Assembly (NCBI GenBank): GCA_021847435.1
Contig: JAJZRC010000004.1
Coordinates: 1 to 40,217 of the forward strand
DNA from: a bacterium
GTDB lineage: Bacteria; Patescibacteriota; Doudnabacteria; UBA920
Length of the DNA: 40,217 bases
Direction: 5' to 3'
Below are positions 15,990 through 25,631 of the stretch, in pieces; position 1 is the stretch's first letter, and every line of letters starts with the position of its first letter. The position numbers and the translations under genes are program-made. The notes under the pieces were generated by a model. The model had not been told where the DNA came from. It ran no database searches and saw only the letters and a program-made list of their open reading frames with translations.

Positions 15990-17822
15990 TTATCTTTTTG
16001 CGCGTTTTCTTTCCACCGCGGATAAGATTTTTTTCCTGATGCGGATTGATTTTGGAGTGACTTCAACCAGCTCATCGCCGCCTATGTACTCCAGGGCAAA
16101 ATCCAATTCTACCGGTTTGGGCGGGGTCAGGATGATGGCATCGTCAGAACCCGAGGAGCGCATGTTGGTGAGTTTTTTGGTCTTGCAAACATTCAGTTCC
16201 AAATCAGTATCCAAGGCATTCTGTCCCACCACCATGCCTTCGTAGACTTCCACGGCCGGGCCGATGAAGAGCGTTCCTCTTTCCTGGGCATTATTCAGCC
16301 CGTAAGCGTTGGAAATCCCTGCTTCAGAGGCGATTAGGCTGCCATGATCATTGGCGTGCGCGTCAATTTCGTGCATCGGTTTGTAGGAGTCAAACAGGTT
16401 GTTCAGCACAGCGGTTCCGCGCGCGCGGGTCATGAGCAAATTTTTCAACCCAATCAGTCCGCGGGTAGGGATAAGGTATTCGGCATGCATTTCTCCCTGG
16501 GCGGACGTTTCCATGGTTTGGAGTTCGCCGCCGCGCTTGCCCAATTCCTCAATCATTACCCCTTGGTATTCGGAAGGGATGTCAATGGTGGCGATTTCAT
16601 AGGGCTCAAGTTTTTGGCCGTTTTCTTCATGATAAATTACTTCCGGCTGGCTGACTTGAAGTTCAAAGCCTTCGCGCCTCATTGTTTCTACCAGCACTGC
16701 CAAATGCAGTTCCCCGCGTCCTGAAACCAAAAAGCTGTCCGAGCCCTGTTCCAGCCCTTCGACTTGCAGCGCGACATTGGTTTCCAGCTCTTTTATCAGC
16801 CGTTCGCGCAACTGGCGCGAGGTGACGAATTTGCCTTCCTTTCCGGCAAATGGGGAAGTGTTTACCCCAAAGGTCATTTTGATGGTGGGCGGTTCAATAT
16901 CAACCGGAGGCAGCACTACGGGGTTTTGCGGGTCGGTGAGAGTGTCGCCAATATGGATTTCATCAAAGCCGGCCGCGGCCACGATGTCTCCGGCTTCAGC
17001 TTCTTCCACGTCAACCTGTTTTAATCCCTCGTACATCATCAGCGCGGTGATTTTGGAGGTTTTTTTTTGGCCGTCGGTTTTAACCAAAAGCGCGTTCTGC
17101 GCTTTGCTGATTTTTCCCGAGACTATTTTGCCTACGCCCATTCTGCCTTTGTAGTTGTCGTAAGCCAGAGCCAAAACCTGCATAGCGAAGGGCTTGTCGG
17201 ATTCCACCGCGGGCGAAGGAATATGTTCAATGACAGATTCAAAAAGGGGCGAGACATCGGGAGATTTATGATTCAGAATGGAAGACTTAAGGTTTTCCAA
17301 ATCGGTGTCGGCCAAACCTAAAACCCCGCTGGCGTAAATAATGGGGAAGTCCAGCTGCTGGTCTGTGGCATGCAGTTTTACGAACAAATCAAAAGTTTTA
17401 TTAATCGCGTGTTCCGGGTCAGCGCCTTCTTTGTCTACCTTGTTGATGACGACAATGGCTTTGTGGCCCAGTTCCAAAGCTTTTTTCAGCACGAATTTCG
17501 TCTGGGGCATGGGCCCTTCCTTGGCATCTACCAGCAATAAAACCCCATCGGCCATTTTTAAAGTGCGCTCAACTTCGCCGCCGAAATCCGCGTGCCCCGG
17601 AGTGTCCACAATATTAATTTTTGTTCCATTGTAAACCAGCGAAGCGTTTTTAGCCTTGATGGTAATGCCGCGTTCCCGTTCCAGATCCATGCTGTCCATG
17701 ATTAAATTTGCCCCTTCGTCCTTTACGGAATGGGTTTGTTTGAGCATGGCGTCTACTAAAGTGGTTTTGCCGTGGTCAACGTGGGCGATTATGGCGATGT
17801 TTCGGATATTTTCTCTCTGCAT
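15990..17822 (-). CDS. typA: Translational GTPase TypA/BipA
   Basis: AHVDHGKTT, RGITI, DTPGHADF, NKVD, GRGELHL, KKLTNMR and VEVTPKSIRIRK. Confidence 0.97.
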   Translation of the reverse strand: MQRENIRNIAIIAHVDHGKTTLVDAMLKQTHSVKDEGANLIMDSMDLERERGITIKAKNASLVYNGTKINIVDTPGHADFGGEVERTLKMADGVLLLVDAKEGPMPQTKFVLKKALELGHKAIVVINKVDKEGADPEHAINKTFDLFVKLHATDQQLDFPIIYASGVLGLADTDLENLKSSILNHKSPDVSPLFESVIEHIPSPAVESDKPFAMQVLALAYDNYKGRMGVGKIVSGKISKAQNALLVKTDGQKKTSKITALMMYEGLKQVDVEEAEAGDIVAAAGFDEIHIGDTLTDPQNPVVLPPVDIEPPTIKMTFGVNTSPFAGKEGKFVTSRQLRERLIKELETNVALQVEGLEQGSDSFLVSGRGELHLAVLVETMRREGFELQVSQPEVIYHEENGQKLEPYEIATIDIPSEYQGVMIEELGKRGGELQTMETSAQGEMHAEYLIPTRGLIGLKNLLMTRARGTAVLNNLFDSYKPMHEIDAHANDHGSLIASEAGISNAYGLNNAQERGTLFIGPAVEVYEGMVVGQNALDTDLELNVCKTKKLTNMRSSGSDDAIILTPPKPVELDFALEYIGGDELVEVTPKSIRIRKKILSAVERKRAKR

Positions 17823-17832
17823 ATCATTTTTT

Positions 17833-17927
17833 TAGGACTTACGCACTGAGCCAAGTTCGAGGCATTTTCCGAGGATTTTTGGAGGCGTAGCTCTGCCCGC
17901 CCAAAAAGCGGCGGTGCGTAAGTCCTA
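17833..17927 (-). mobile_element. MITE family A, copy A4 (95 bp, internally deleted), in the typA 5' UTR
   Basis: Perfect 14-bp TIRs; TTTTT on both sides; left arm matches A1. Confidence 0.88.
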
Positions 17928-17971
17928 TTTTTAATAAAAAATGCCCGAAGCTATTTGGGCGCAACAGCATA

Positions 17972-18000
17972 ATCTTACAGGAAATTACGATTTTTGTCAA
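17972..18000 (-). promoter_or_regulatory. typA promoter
   Basis: Minus strand TTGACA-17 nt-TAAGAT; a divergent TGGTATAAT lies at 18006-18014 on +. Confidence 0.65.
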
Positions 18001-18051
18001 TTTTCTGGTATAATGAAACAAAGGATTATTTTAAATCAAATATAGAAAAAT

Positions 18052-19080
18052 ATGACAAATCAAAGAATGCAGGTGGTAGGTTTCTTCGTTCTCTTTGCCA
18101 CGGTTCTGGCTGTCGTCTTAATCATGGTGCTGCCGTTTTTCAAGCTTTTGGCCCTGGCCGCAATTTTAGCCATAATGTTCTCTCCGATCCATCTCAGGGT
18201 ATTGCAACGTTTGGGCTCCAAATCGTTAAGTGCTTTAATTACGGTCCTGTTAATGTTCGCCATTTTGCTCGTTCCTTTATGGCTGTTCGGACAAGTGCTC
18301 TTCAGCGAATTGGTCAGCTTATACGGCAAATTCCGGCAAAACCAGGCGATTTTTGACCAGACCGCTTTAATTAGCAGCTTGCCTGCCGGCCTTCAGGGCT
18401 TGGTGCAGCAATTCAGCCAGGATTTAGCCTCGCGCCTGTCCGGTTTAACCGGCCAGCTGATCCAGAATGCCACAAGCTTGGTAGTGAACGTGTCCGGATT
18501 TTTACTGGCTTTCTTTTTTGTATTTTTCGTTTTTTATTATCTGCTTCGGGATGGGGACAGGATCAAGGCGTATTTTAATTCAGTGTTTCCTTTATCTCAG
18601 GCGCATGAAAGCTTGATTGTCAGCAAGCTGGAGAAGGCGGTTTCCGGGGTGATTAAAGGCTCGTTTTTGGTGGCTTTGTGCCAAGGCGGGGTGGGGCTTA
18701 TAGGCTACATCATTTTTGGCATGCCCCAGCCTGTGCTGTGGGCGGCGTTTACCGTGCTGGCGGCACTGGTTCCAAATGTGGGAACATCCGTGGCTTTGGT
18801 GCCGGCTATTTTGTACCTGTTTTTATCCGGCCATACGGGAGCGGCGGCGGGCCTGGCCATATGGGGGGCTTTTGCCGTGGGCACAATAGATAATTTTGTC
18901 AGTCCCAAGCTGATCGGGCGGAATGCCCAGCTGCATCCCGTGCTGGTATTTTTAGGCGTGATCGGCGGCTTGCAGCTGTTCGGGCTGCTGGGTTTTTTAT
19001 TGGGCCCCGTGATTATGGCAGTATTTATGGAGCTGTTGGATATTTACCGCAGCGATTTAAAAATGTATCTGGAGAAATAA
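18052..19080 (+). CDS. AI-2E family transporter
   Basis: Multi-TM protein; YYLLRDG, IDNFVSPKLIG, LHPVLVFLGVIGGL..FG..GFLLGP. Confidence 0.9.
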   Translation: MTNQRMQVVGFFVLFATVLAVVLIMVLPFFKLLALAAILAIMFSPIHLRVLQRLGSKSLSALITVLLMFAILLVPLWLFGQVLFSELVSLYGKFRQNQAIFDQTALISSLPAGLQGLVQQFSQDLASRLSGLTGQLIQNATSLVVNVSGFLLAFFFVFFVFYYLLRDGDRIKAYFNSVFPLSQAHESLIVSKLEKAVSGVIKGSFLVALCQGGVGLIGYIIFGMPQPVLWAAFTVLAALVPNVGTSVALVPAILYLFLSGHTGAAAGLAIWGAFAVGTIDNFVSPKLIGRNAQLHPVLVFLGVIGGLQLFGLLGFLLGPVIMAVFMELLDIYRSDLKMYLEK

Positions 19081-19139
19081 AATTTTTTTGGTTTGATAAA
19101 AAACATTTTTAGTTTTGAAGCTCGTTTGAGGATTAAACA

Positions 19140-21803
19140 ATGCATTGGTACCAATACACCAAAATTCAACTTGAGTCCGAGTTGAAAACAAATTTGCAAA
19201 CCGGACTGAAAAAGCCGGAAGTTCAAAAACGGCTGCTGGAACACGGTCCGAATTTGCTGCCGGAAGTGCCGCGCCCGGGGTGGCTTAAGATTTTTTTCCG
19301 GCAGTTCCAAAGCCCATTGATATATATTTTGCTTCTCTGCGCGGGGATTGTTTTTTATTTGGGTGAAACGGTTGACGCGATCATAATTTTCGCGGTGCTC
19401 CTTATTAACGCGCTGATCGGGGCGGTACAGGAAGGGCGGGCGGGCAATATGCTGGCCAGTTTGAAAAAGCTGTCATCGGCAGAAGCGGCGGTTTTGCGGG
19501 GCGGCGAGGAAGTTATTGTTTCTGAAGCCGAGGTGGTGCCGGGGGATGTGCTGGTGCTGAAAGAAGGGCAAAAAGTTGTCGCTGACGCAAGAATTATCGC
19601 CATGCATAATTTGAGCGTTGATGAGTCCATGCTGACCGGGGAATCCGCTGCCGTCCATAAAAAAGAAGGCGTTTTGGCGGAAGAGGGTTTGCCGGCCTCG
19701 GGACAGCACAATGTGGTTTTTAAGGGAACCGCCATTCTGTCCGGCGACGGCCAGGCCGTGGTGGTTGCAACCGGCGCCGATACAGAAATGGGCAAAATCA
19801 GCCGTTCGCTTTTGCTCCCCGAAGCGGAAATGCCCCTGCAGAAGAATATCAAAAGGCTGTCCCGGCTTATCATTTACGCGGTTGGCGTGATTTCCGTCCT
19901 GCTGTTTGGTTTGGGGACGCTGGCAGGACAGGAGCCGGGAGAAATGTTCGCATTGGTCGTTTCGCTCGGGGTGTCGATTATCCCCGAGGGCCTGCCATTG
20001 GTGCTGACCTTGATTCTGGCGCATGGCGTGTGGCGGATGAGCAGGAAGAACGCTTTGGTAAAAAAAATGCAGGCAGTGGAAGCTTTGGGCCAGGCCAATG
20101 TGATCGCGGTTGATAAAACAGGCACCATCACCGAAAACCAAATGGTAGTAAAGCGGCTGTACGCGGGCAAGCGAATCTACAGCGTAAGCGGCAACGGCTA
20201 TGAGCCTAAGGGCGGGGTATTTTTTGGGGAGGCGCCGCAGAATGGTTTGGCCGACGTACAGCAGAGCGCTTTGATAGCCGCGATATGCAATAAGGCCAGC
20301 GTGCAATTTTTTCAGGAAAGCGGGACATATAAGGTATCCGGAGATCCCACCGAGGCAGCCATGCTGGTATTTGGTGAGAAATTGGGCATCGCAAGGGAAA
20401 CGCTGCTTAAATCTTATACCGAAACCGCGGAAATTCCGTTTGAATATAAAAATAAATTCCGGGCGGTATTTTATGAACATGAAGACAAAATCTTCTGCGC
20501 CGTTGCAGGCGCCCCCGAAGTGGTTCTTAAACATTCATCGTTTTTTTTGGACAATGGCCTGCATAGGGAAAAGACCGAACAGCAGCAAAAACTGTTTGAA
20601 GAGGCGGTGGAGGAATTTTCCCAAAAAGGCCTGAGAGTGGTGGCTTTCGGTTTTAAAATTTTAGGCAAAAGCCACCCGCTGGATAATATTGATAATCTGG
20701 TGTTCGGCGGCTTGTGGGGGATAGAAGATGCGGTGCGCCCGGAAGCGGCCAAAAGCGTGAAAGCCGCCCAAGCGGCCGGGGTGAGAGTTGTTATGATCAC
20801 CGGCGATTTAAAGGCTACGGCTAAGGCTATTGCTAAAGAGGCCGGCATTTTTCAGGAAGGCGACGAGGTGTTAACCGGAGCAGAGTTAAGCGGGCTGTCC
20901 CAGCCGCAATTGTTGAAAGTCCTGCCTAAGGTTTCGGTTTTTGCCCGTTTTGCCCCGGAAAACAAAATGGCAATTATAAGCGCCTACAAGTCTTTGGGTT
21001 ACACGGTGGCTATGACCGGCGACGGGGTGAACGACGCGCCGTCTTTGGTTACAGCCGATCTCGGCGTGGCCATGGGGCGCGTTGGCACGGAAGTGGCCAA
21101 AGAAGCCGCGGATATTATCCTTTTGGACGATAATTTGGGCAGTATAGTTACGGCTATTAAAGAGGGCAGGGTTATGTACTCCAACATAAAAAAAGCCCTG
21201 CAGTTTTTGTTTTCCACCTCCCTGGGCGAACTTTTAACCGTAGTTTTTAGCCTTTTTTTGTCTTTACCGGTACCTGTGAGCGCAGTGCAGATTTTATGGC
21301 TCAATTTGATTACGGATCCGCTGTCCGGAGCCGCCTTGGCTCTTGAGAAAGAGGACGGCGATGTTTTTAAAAAAAACCAGGGCCGGTTTGCCAAATTCTT
21401 TGTGGACGCTGAAATGTTGGCGCACATGGCATTGATCGGCATGACTATGGCGGCGGGAGGGATTGCGATTTTTAAAATTTACGGTCCCTTAGGTTTTGTT
21501 AAAGCGCAGACCATGGCCTTGACGCTGCTTGCGGTTTTCCAGTGGTATAATTCCCTCAATTGCCGCTTTACCCACAAAAGCATCCTCAACCGCCGTATCT
21601 TCGGGAATAAGTATGTGTGGATGTCGCTGGGTCTGAATTTGGCTTTGCAGGTCTTGGCCGTTCATTCTGTTTGGTTTAACCGCGTGTTAAAGACCCAGCC
21701 TTTGGCTTTGGGCGAGTGGGTACTGGTGCTGGTTCTTGGTTTGTCCGTAATCGCAGTCGATGAAATACGAAAATTGTTTATTAGGCTGAGTCGGAAGTCC
21801 TAA
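19140..21803 (+). CDS. Cation-transporting P-type ATPase (P2, Ca2+-type)
   Basis: LTGES, IPEGLP, DKTGT, MITGD, TGDGVNDAP and QILWLNL. Confidence 0.93.
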   Translation: MHWYQYTKIQLESELKTNLQTGLKKPEVQKRLLEHGPNLLPEVPRPGWLKIFFRQFQSPLIYILLLCAGIVFYLGETVDAIIIFAVLLINALIGAVQEGRAGNMLASLKKLSSAEAAVLRGGEEVIVSEAEVVPGDVLVLKEGQKVVADARIIAMHNLSVDESMLTGESAAVHKKEGVLAEEGLPASGQHNVVFKGTAILSGDGQAVVVATGADTEMGKISRSLLLPEAEMPLQKNIKRLSRLIIYAVGVISVLLFGLGTLAGQEPGEMFALVVSLGVSIIPEGLPLVLTLILAHGVWRMSRKNALVKKMQAVEALGQANVIAVDKTGTITENQMVVKRLYAGKRIYSVSGNGYEPKGGVFFGEAPQNGLADVQQSALIAAICNKASVQFFQESGTYKVSGDPTEAAMLVFGEKLGIARETLLKSYTETAEIPFEYKNKFRAVFYEHEDKIFCAVAGAPEVVLKHSSFFLDNGLHREKTEQQQKLFEEAVEEFSQKGLRVVAFGFKILGKSHPLDNIDNLVFGGLWGIEDAVRPEAAKSVKAAQAAGVRVVMITGDLKATAKAIAKEAGIFQEGDEVLTGAELSGLSQPQLLKVLPKVSVFARFAPENKMAIISAYKSLGYTVAMTGDGVNDAPSLVTADLGVAMGRVGTEVAKEAADIILLDDNLGSIVTAIKEGRVMYSNIKKALQFLFSTSLGELLTVVFSLFLSLPVPVSAVQILWLNLITDPLSGAALALEKEDGDVFKKNQGRFAKFFVDAEMLAHMALIGMTMAAGGIAIFKIYGPLGFVKAQTMALTLLAVFQWYNSLNCRFTHKSILNRRIFGNKYVWMSLGLNLALQVLAVHSVWFNRVLKTQPLALGEWVLVLVLGLSVIAVDEIRKLFIRLSRKS

Positions 21804-21870
21804 TTGTTCTCGTATAAGCCGGAAAGTCTTAATTTTGGCTCTTTTCCGGGCTTTTTGATAATATATATCT

Positions 21871-23352
21871 ATGATTAAAAATCAAAGGAAAGATATCCAT
21901 CACCCCGCTCATATACGGAACTTGCCCCCGACAATACTTACAATCTTTGGGGCTACCGGCGATTTGGCGGCCGATTATTTATTGCCCGCGCTGCTGCATA
22001 TGGAAGAGCACCGGTTGCTTCCGGCAGATTTTAAGCTTGCGTGCGTGGGCAGGCGGGATCTTAATGCCAAAAGCTACTTTGATTTTGTAGTAAAGAAATC
22101 TTCCGTATTAAAAAAAATTCCGCAAGCCGTAAAGAATAGATTTTTCAGCCGGTTGATTTATTACCGCGCTGATTTTGACAGCCCGGCTTCTTTTGCCGGC
22201 CTTTCCCGGCTGCTGTCGCTTCATGACCGCCCGGAATCAGACCGGTGTTACAACCGGCTGTACTACTTTGCTACCAGTCCGCAGTACTTTGCCGGCATCG
22301 CGCGGATGTTGAAGGCGGAAGGGCTGCTGACGGGGTGCGCCGAGCATAAGCGGCAGGTGCGGATTTTGGTGGAAAAACCTTTTGGTTTTAATTTGGCTTC
22401 GGCCCGGGCTTTGAACAGCTTATTGCTGAAAAATTTTTCGGAAGAGCAAATATACCGCATTGACCATTATCAGGGCAAGGAAACGGTTCAGAATTTGATG
22501 GTGGTGCGTTTTGCCAACAGTATTTTTGAGCCGCTTTGGAACAAAGACCATATTGACCATGTGGAGATCAGCGTATTGGAAACCGATACGGCCAAGCTCA
22601 GGGCAGTTTATTATGACCAGACCGGGGCGATCAGGGATTTTGTCCAAAACCATGTTTTGCAGGTTTTGTCGTTGCTTACTATGGATGAGCCATACGAGCT
22701 GACCGCGGAAAATATCCGCAACGAAAAAAACAAAATCCTTAAAGTCCTGCGCCCTTTTACCGCAGGCAGCTTGAAGACAGGTCTGATTAAAGGGCAGTAT
22801 GTTGGTTATGCCCGTGAAGCGGGCGGGGAAAGCCGGACCGAAACTTTTGTGGCCTTAAAAGCTTTTGTGGACACGCCGCGCTGGCAAGGAGTGCCGTTTT
22901 ATTTGCGCACAGGAAAGGCTTTGCACAAAAAAGTCGCCGAAGTTTCGGTACATTTTAAAGAGCCTGCCCGCTGCATTTTTAAAAATTGCGCTGCCAACAT
23001 TTTGACTTTTCGTTTGCAGCCCGACGAGTCGGTGCATTTGCAGCTGAATAACAAGATTCCGGGATTTGGCATTGAGCTGCACCAGGGAGACTACGAGTTC
23101 GGCTATAAGCGCGCGTTTGCCTCGGAAATTCCCGGCGCCTACGAACGGCTGCTTTTAGACTTCATTGAAGGCGACCAGCGCCTGTTTATCCGCAGCGATG
23201 AAATTGAGTCATCCTGGAAGTTTATTGATTCAATTATTGAAAATCCGGAATTTCAAAAAACTCCAGTGCATATTTACAAGCCTAAAACCACCGGGCCGGC
23301 CGAAGCGGAGGCCTTTATTAAAAAAGACCTGCGGGAGTGGTGGACGCGCTAG
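21871..23352 (+). CDS. zwf: Glucose-6-phosphate dehydrogenase
   Basis: IFGATGDLA, EKPFG, YRIDHYQGKE, QNH, RWQGVPFYLRTGK and AYERLL. Confidence 0.96.
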   Translation: MIKNQRKDIHHPAHIRNLPPTILTIFGATGDLAADYLLPALLHMEEHRLLPADFKLACVGRRDLNAKSYFDFVVKKSSVLKKIPQAVKNRFFSRLIYYRADFDSPASFAGLSRLLSLHDRPESDRCYNRLYYFATSPQYFAGIARMLKAEGLLTGCAEHKRQVRILVEKPFGFNLASARALNSLLLKNFSEEQIYRIDHYQGKETVQNLMVVRFANSIFEPLWNKDHIDHVEISVLETDTAKLRAVYYDQTGAIRDFVQNHVLQVLSLLTMDEPYELTAENIRNEKNKILKVLRPFTAGSLKTGLIKGQYVGYAREAGGESRTETFVALKAFVDTPRWQGVPFYLRTGKALHKKVAEVSVHFKEPARCIFKNCAANILTFRLQPDESVHLQLNNKIPGFGIELHQGDYEFGYKRAFASEIPGAYERLLLDFIEGDQRLFIRSDEIESSWKFIDSIIENPEFQKTPVHIYKPKTTGPAEAEAFIKKDLREWWTR

Positions 23353-23358
23353 CGGACA

Positions 23359-23387
23359 CCCTGAGCGAGCGAAGCGAGTCGAACGGG
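23359..23387. repeat. Isolated CCC...GGG micro-palindrome
   Basis: CCCTGAGCGAGCGAAGCGAGTCGAACGGG shares CCCTGAGC and GTCGAA(C)GGG with 15954-15972. Confidence 0.5.
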
Positions 23388-23424
23388 CGGACCAAGTAAA
23401 TTTAGGATTTAAGATGTTGGGCAT

Positions 23425-23697
23425 ATGAATTGGGAACAGGAAATATTGGAAATCCAAAAACGTAATCGCCGCGTGGAAGCGGACAAGGCCTGGGAGACCA
23501 GCTGGGCCAGGAGGATTGCCATCGCGCTTTTTACCTATGCGGTAGCGGCAATCTGGCTGGCATTGATTCGCGAACCGAACATTTTATTAAAAGCCGTGGT
23601 GCCTGTCGCGGGATATGTGCTTTCCACTTTGTCTTTGCGCACCATCCGGAATGTCTGGGTCAAATTTTATGAAAATCAATCAGGAGAAAAAAAATAA
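23425..23697 (+). CDS. Hypothetical two-TM protein
   Basis: RNRRVEADKAWETSW followed by two hydrophobic helices. Confidence 0.75.
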   Translation: MNWEQEILEIQKRNRRVEADKAWETSWARRIAIALFTYAVAAIWLALIREPNILLKAVVPVAGYVLSTLSLRTIRNVWVKFYENQSGEKK

Positions 23698-23902
23698 AAT
23701 TAGAGCAGAGGATAAGCGCAAATATGTCCTGCCGGAACAAAGGGATTTGCAGATTCTGCGCATGATATATCGACTCGAAAAGGCCAGGCTGTCAGATGCT
23801 GATAAAAAATATATCCGGCTGATCAGGACGCAGCTAAAGGCAGATTGGCGCAAACCATTAATTAGGTTTTTGCAAAATCTATTAAAAAAATATGAACTAT
23901 AA
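23669..23902 (+). CDS. Hypothetical small basic protein
   Basis: ATG at 23669; stop overlaps the next ATG (TAATG). Confidence 0.65.
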   Translation: MKINQEKKNKIRAEDKRKYVLPEQRDLQILRMIYRLEKARLSDADKKYIRLIRTQLKADWRKPLIRFLQNLLKKYEL

Positions 23903-24666
23903 TGAAAAAGAGCACTTCCTGGGGCAAGGTGGCCGGCTGGTATAACGAACTTCTGGAGGAGGGCGAAGATACTTACCAGGAAAAAGTCATTAAGCCGAAC
24001 TTGCTGAGGGTTTTAAGCCCCAAGCCAGGGGAAGAAATTTTGGACGCGGGCTGCGGCCAGGGATATTTTTCCAGAATTCTCGGATCTTTCGGGGTAAAAG
24101 TAGTCGGTTTGGATGCGGGTGTGGAACTGGTTAAAATAGCCAAGCAAATGGCCGGCAAAAACGAAACCTATTTGGTAGGCAACGCGGAAAAAATGAGCCA
24201 GCTGGCAAATGCGCGGTTTGACGCGGTCATTTGCGTGCTGGCCTTGCAGAATATGAAGAATCTGCAGGCGGCGCTGGGGGAAATGGCCAGGGTTTTAAAA
24301 CCGGGCGGCCGCGCGGTATTCGTGTTGAACCATCCCGTTTTTAGGATTCCAACCGCTTCGTCATGGGGATTTGACGAATCCAAAAAGACGCAATACCGCA
24401 GAATAGATTCCTATATGTCGGAAATCACCCAGGCTGTGGATATGACTCAGGGAATAAAAGACCCCAGCCGGAAAAAATTTACTTATTCCTTTCATCATCC
24501 TTTGCAGGTTTATTTTAAGGCATTTTACAAGCACAACCTGGCGGTAACGCGTCTGGAAGAATGGAATTCTCATAAGGTTTCTGACAAGGGCCCGCGCAAG
24601 GCGGCCGAAGACCGCGCCCGGAAGGAAACTCCGCTATTTATGTGTTTGGAACTCAAAAAGAATTAA
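23902..24666 (+). CDS. Class I SAM-dependent methyltransferase
   Basis: ILDAGCGQG, FDAVIC and RVLKPGG. Confidence 0.9.
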   Translation: MKKSTSWGKVAGWYNELLEEGEDTYQEKVIKPNLLRVLSPKPGEEILDAGCGQGYFSRILGSFGVKVVGLDAGVELVKIAKQMAGKNETYLVGNAEKMSQLANARFDAVICVLALQNMKNLQAALGEMARVLKPGGRAVFVLNHPVFRIPTASSWGFDESKKTQYRRIDSYMSEITQAVDMTQGIKDPSRKKFTYSFHHPLQVYFKAFYKHNLAVTRLEEWNSHKVSDKGPRKAAEDRARKETPLFMCLELKKN

Positions 24667-24678
24667 GAATCTAGAAAT

Positions 24679-25629
24679 ATGAATCAAGAAAAAAAACAAC
24701 AGTTGGCAATTTTTGGTTTAGGCAAGATGGGCATGCAGATTGCCAAAAGGCTGCACAAGAACGGTTTTGAAGTTTTGGCCTGGAACAGGTCGGGGGAGCC
24801 GAGAGAAAAACTGCAGGAGTTTTTCTCCGAGTCAGGAATTAAGAATCAGGAATCAAGAGTTTTTTCGGAAGCCGATGCGGTTTTAGGCGCAATGACAAAT
24901 CAGCCGCGGGTTTTTTGGCTGATGCTGCCTTCCGATGTGATTGGAGAGTTTTTGGAACAGAAGCTCATGCCTCACCTGAAAGCCGGAGACATCGTGATTG
25001 ACGGAGGTAATACGTTTTATAAGGAAACCGTTCAGCGCGGCCAGATGCTTTCTGAAAAAGGGGTGGTGTTTTACGATTGCGGGACCAGCGGGGGAGTTTG
25101 GGGGGAAGAGAACGGCTTTGCGTTGATGGTCGGCGGGCCCAAAGAACAGTGGAATATCGCGCAGCCGATTTTTAAGGTGTTATCCGGCGGGGAGAATTAC
25201 GGCCTGGTCGGCAAAAACGGGGCCGGACATTTTGTTAAAATGGTGCATAACGGCATTGAGTACGGCATGATGGAAGCGATCGGCGAAGGATATGGCGTAA
25301 TGAAAGCGTCCGATTTGGATTTGGATCTTTTGCAGGTAACCAAAATCTACCAGGAAGGTTCGGTAATCCGTTCCTGGCTGATTGATCTGGTGCGCAATAT
25401 TTTTGAAAAAGAAGACATTGCGGGCACAAAAGGGGAAATAAACATGATGGGCGAAGGGGAGTGGACAGTGCAGGCCGGCCATGAGCTGAATGTGGACGTG
25501 CGGGTTTTGGAAGATGCCGTGAACGTGCGCAAAGAGTCCAAATTGCCGGAAAACCGGAATAAGTTTTCCAATAAAATCGTGGCGCTTTTAAGAAAGCAGT
25601 TCGGCGGGCATAGTATCAGTAAAGAATAA
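24679..25629 (+). CDS. gnd: 6-phosphogluconate dehydrogenase, short (YqeC-like) form
   Basis: GLGKMG, IDGGN, DCGTSGG, GHFVKMVHNGIEYG and LRKQFGGH. Confidence 0.93.
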   Translation: MNQEKKQQLAIFGLGKMGMQIAKRLHKNGFEVLAWNRSGEPREKLQEFFSESGIKNQESRVFSEADAVLGAMTNQPRVFWLMLPSDVIGEFLEQKLMPHLKAGDIVIDGGNTFYKETVQRGQMLSEKGVVFYDCGTSGGVWGEENGFALMVGGPKEQWNIAQPIFKVLSGGENYGLVGKNGAGHFVKMVHNGIEYGMMEAIGEGYGVMKASDLDLDLLQVTKIYQEGSVIRSWLIDLVRNIFEKEDIAGTKGEINMMGEGEWTVQAGHELNVDVRVLEDAVNVRKESKLPENRNKFSNKIVALLRKQFGGHSISKE

Positions 25630-25631
25630 GC

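Noticed and set aside
19473-20534. 353-aa antisense ORF, and other long shadow ORFs over pilB, typA, bshA and copA
   Set aside because: Antisense or out-of-frame to well-conserved genes, with no motifs.
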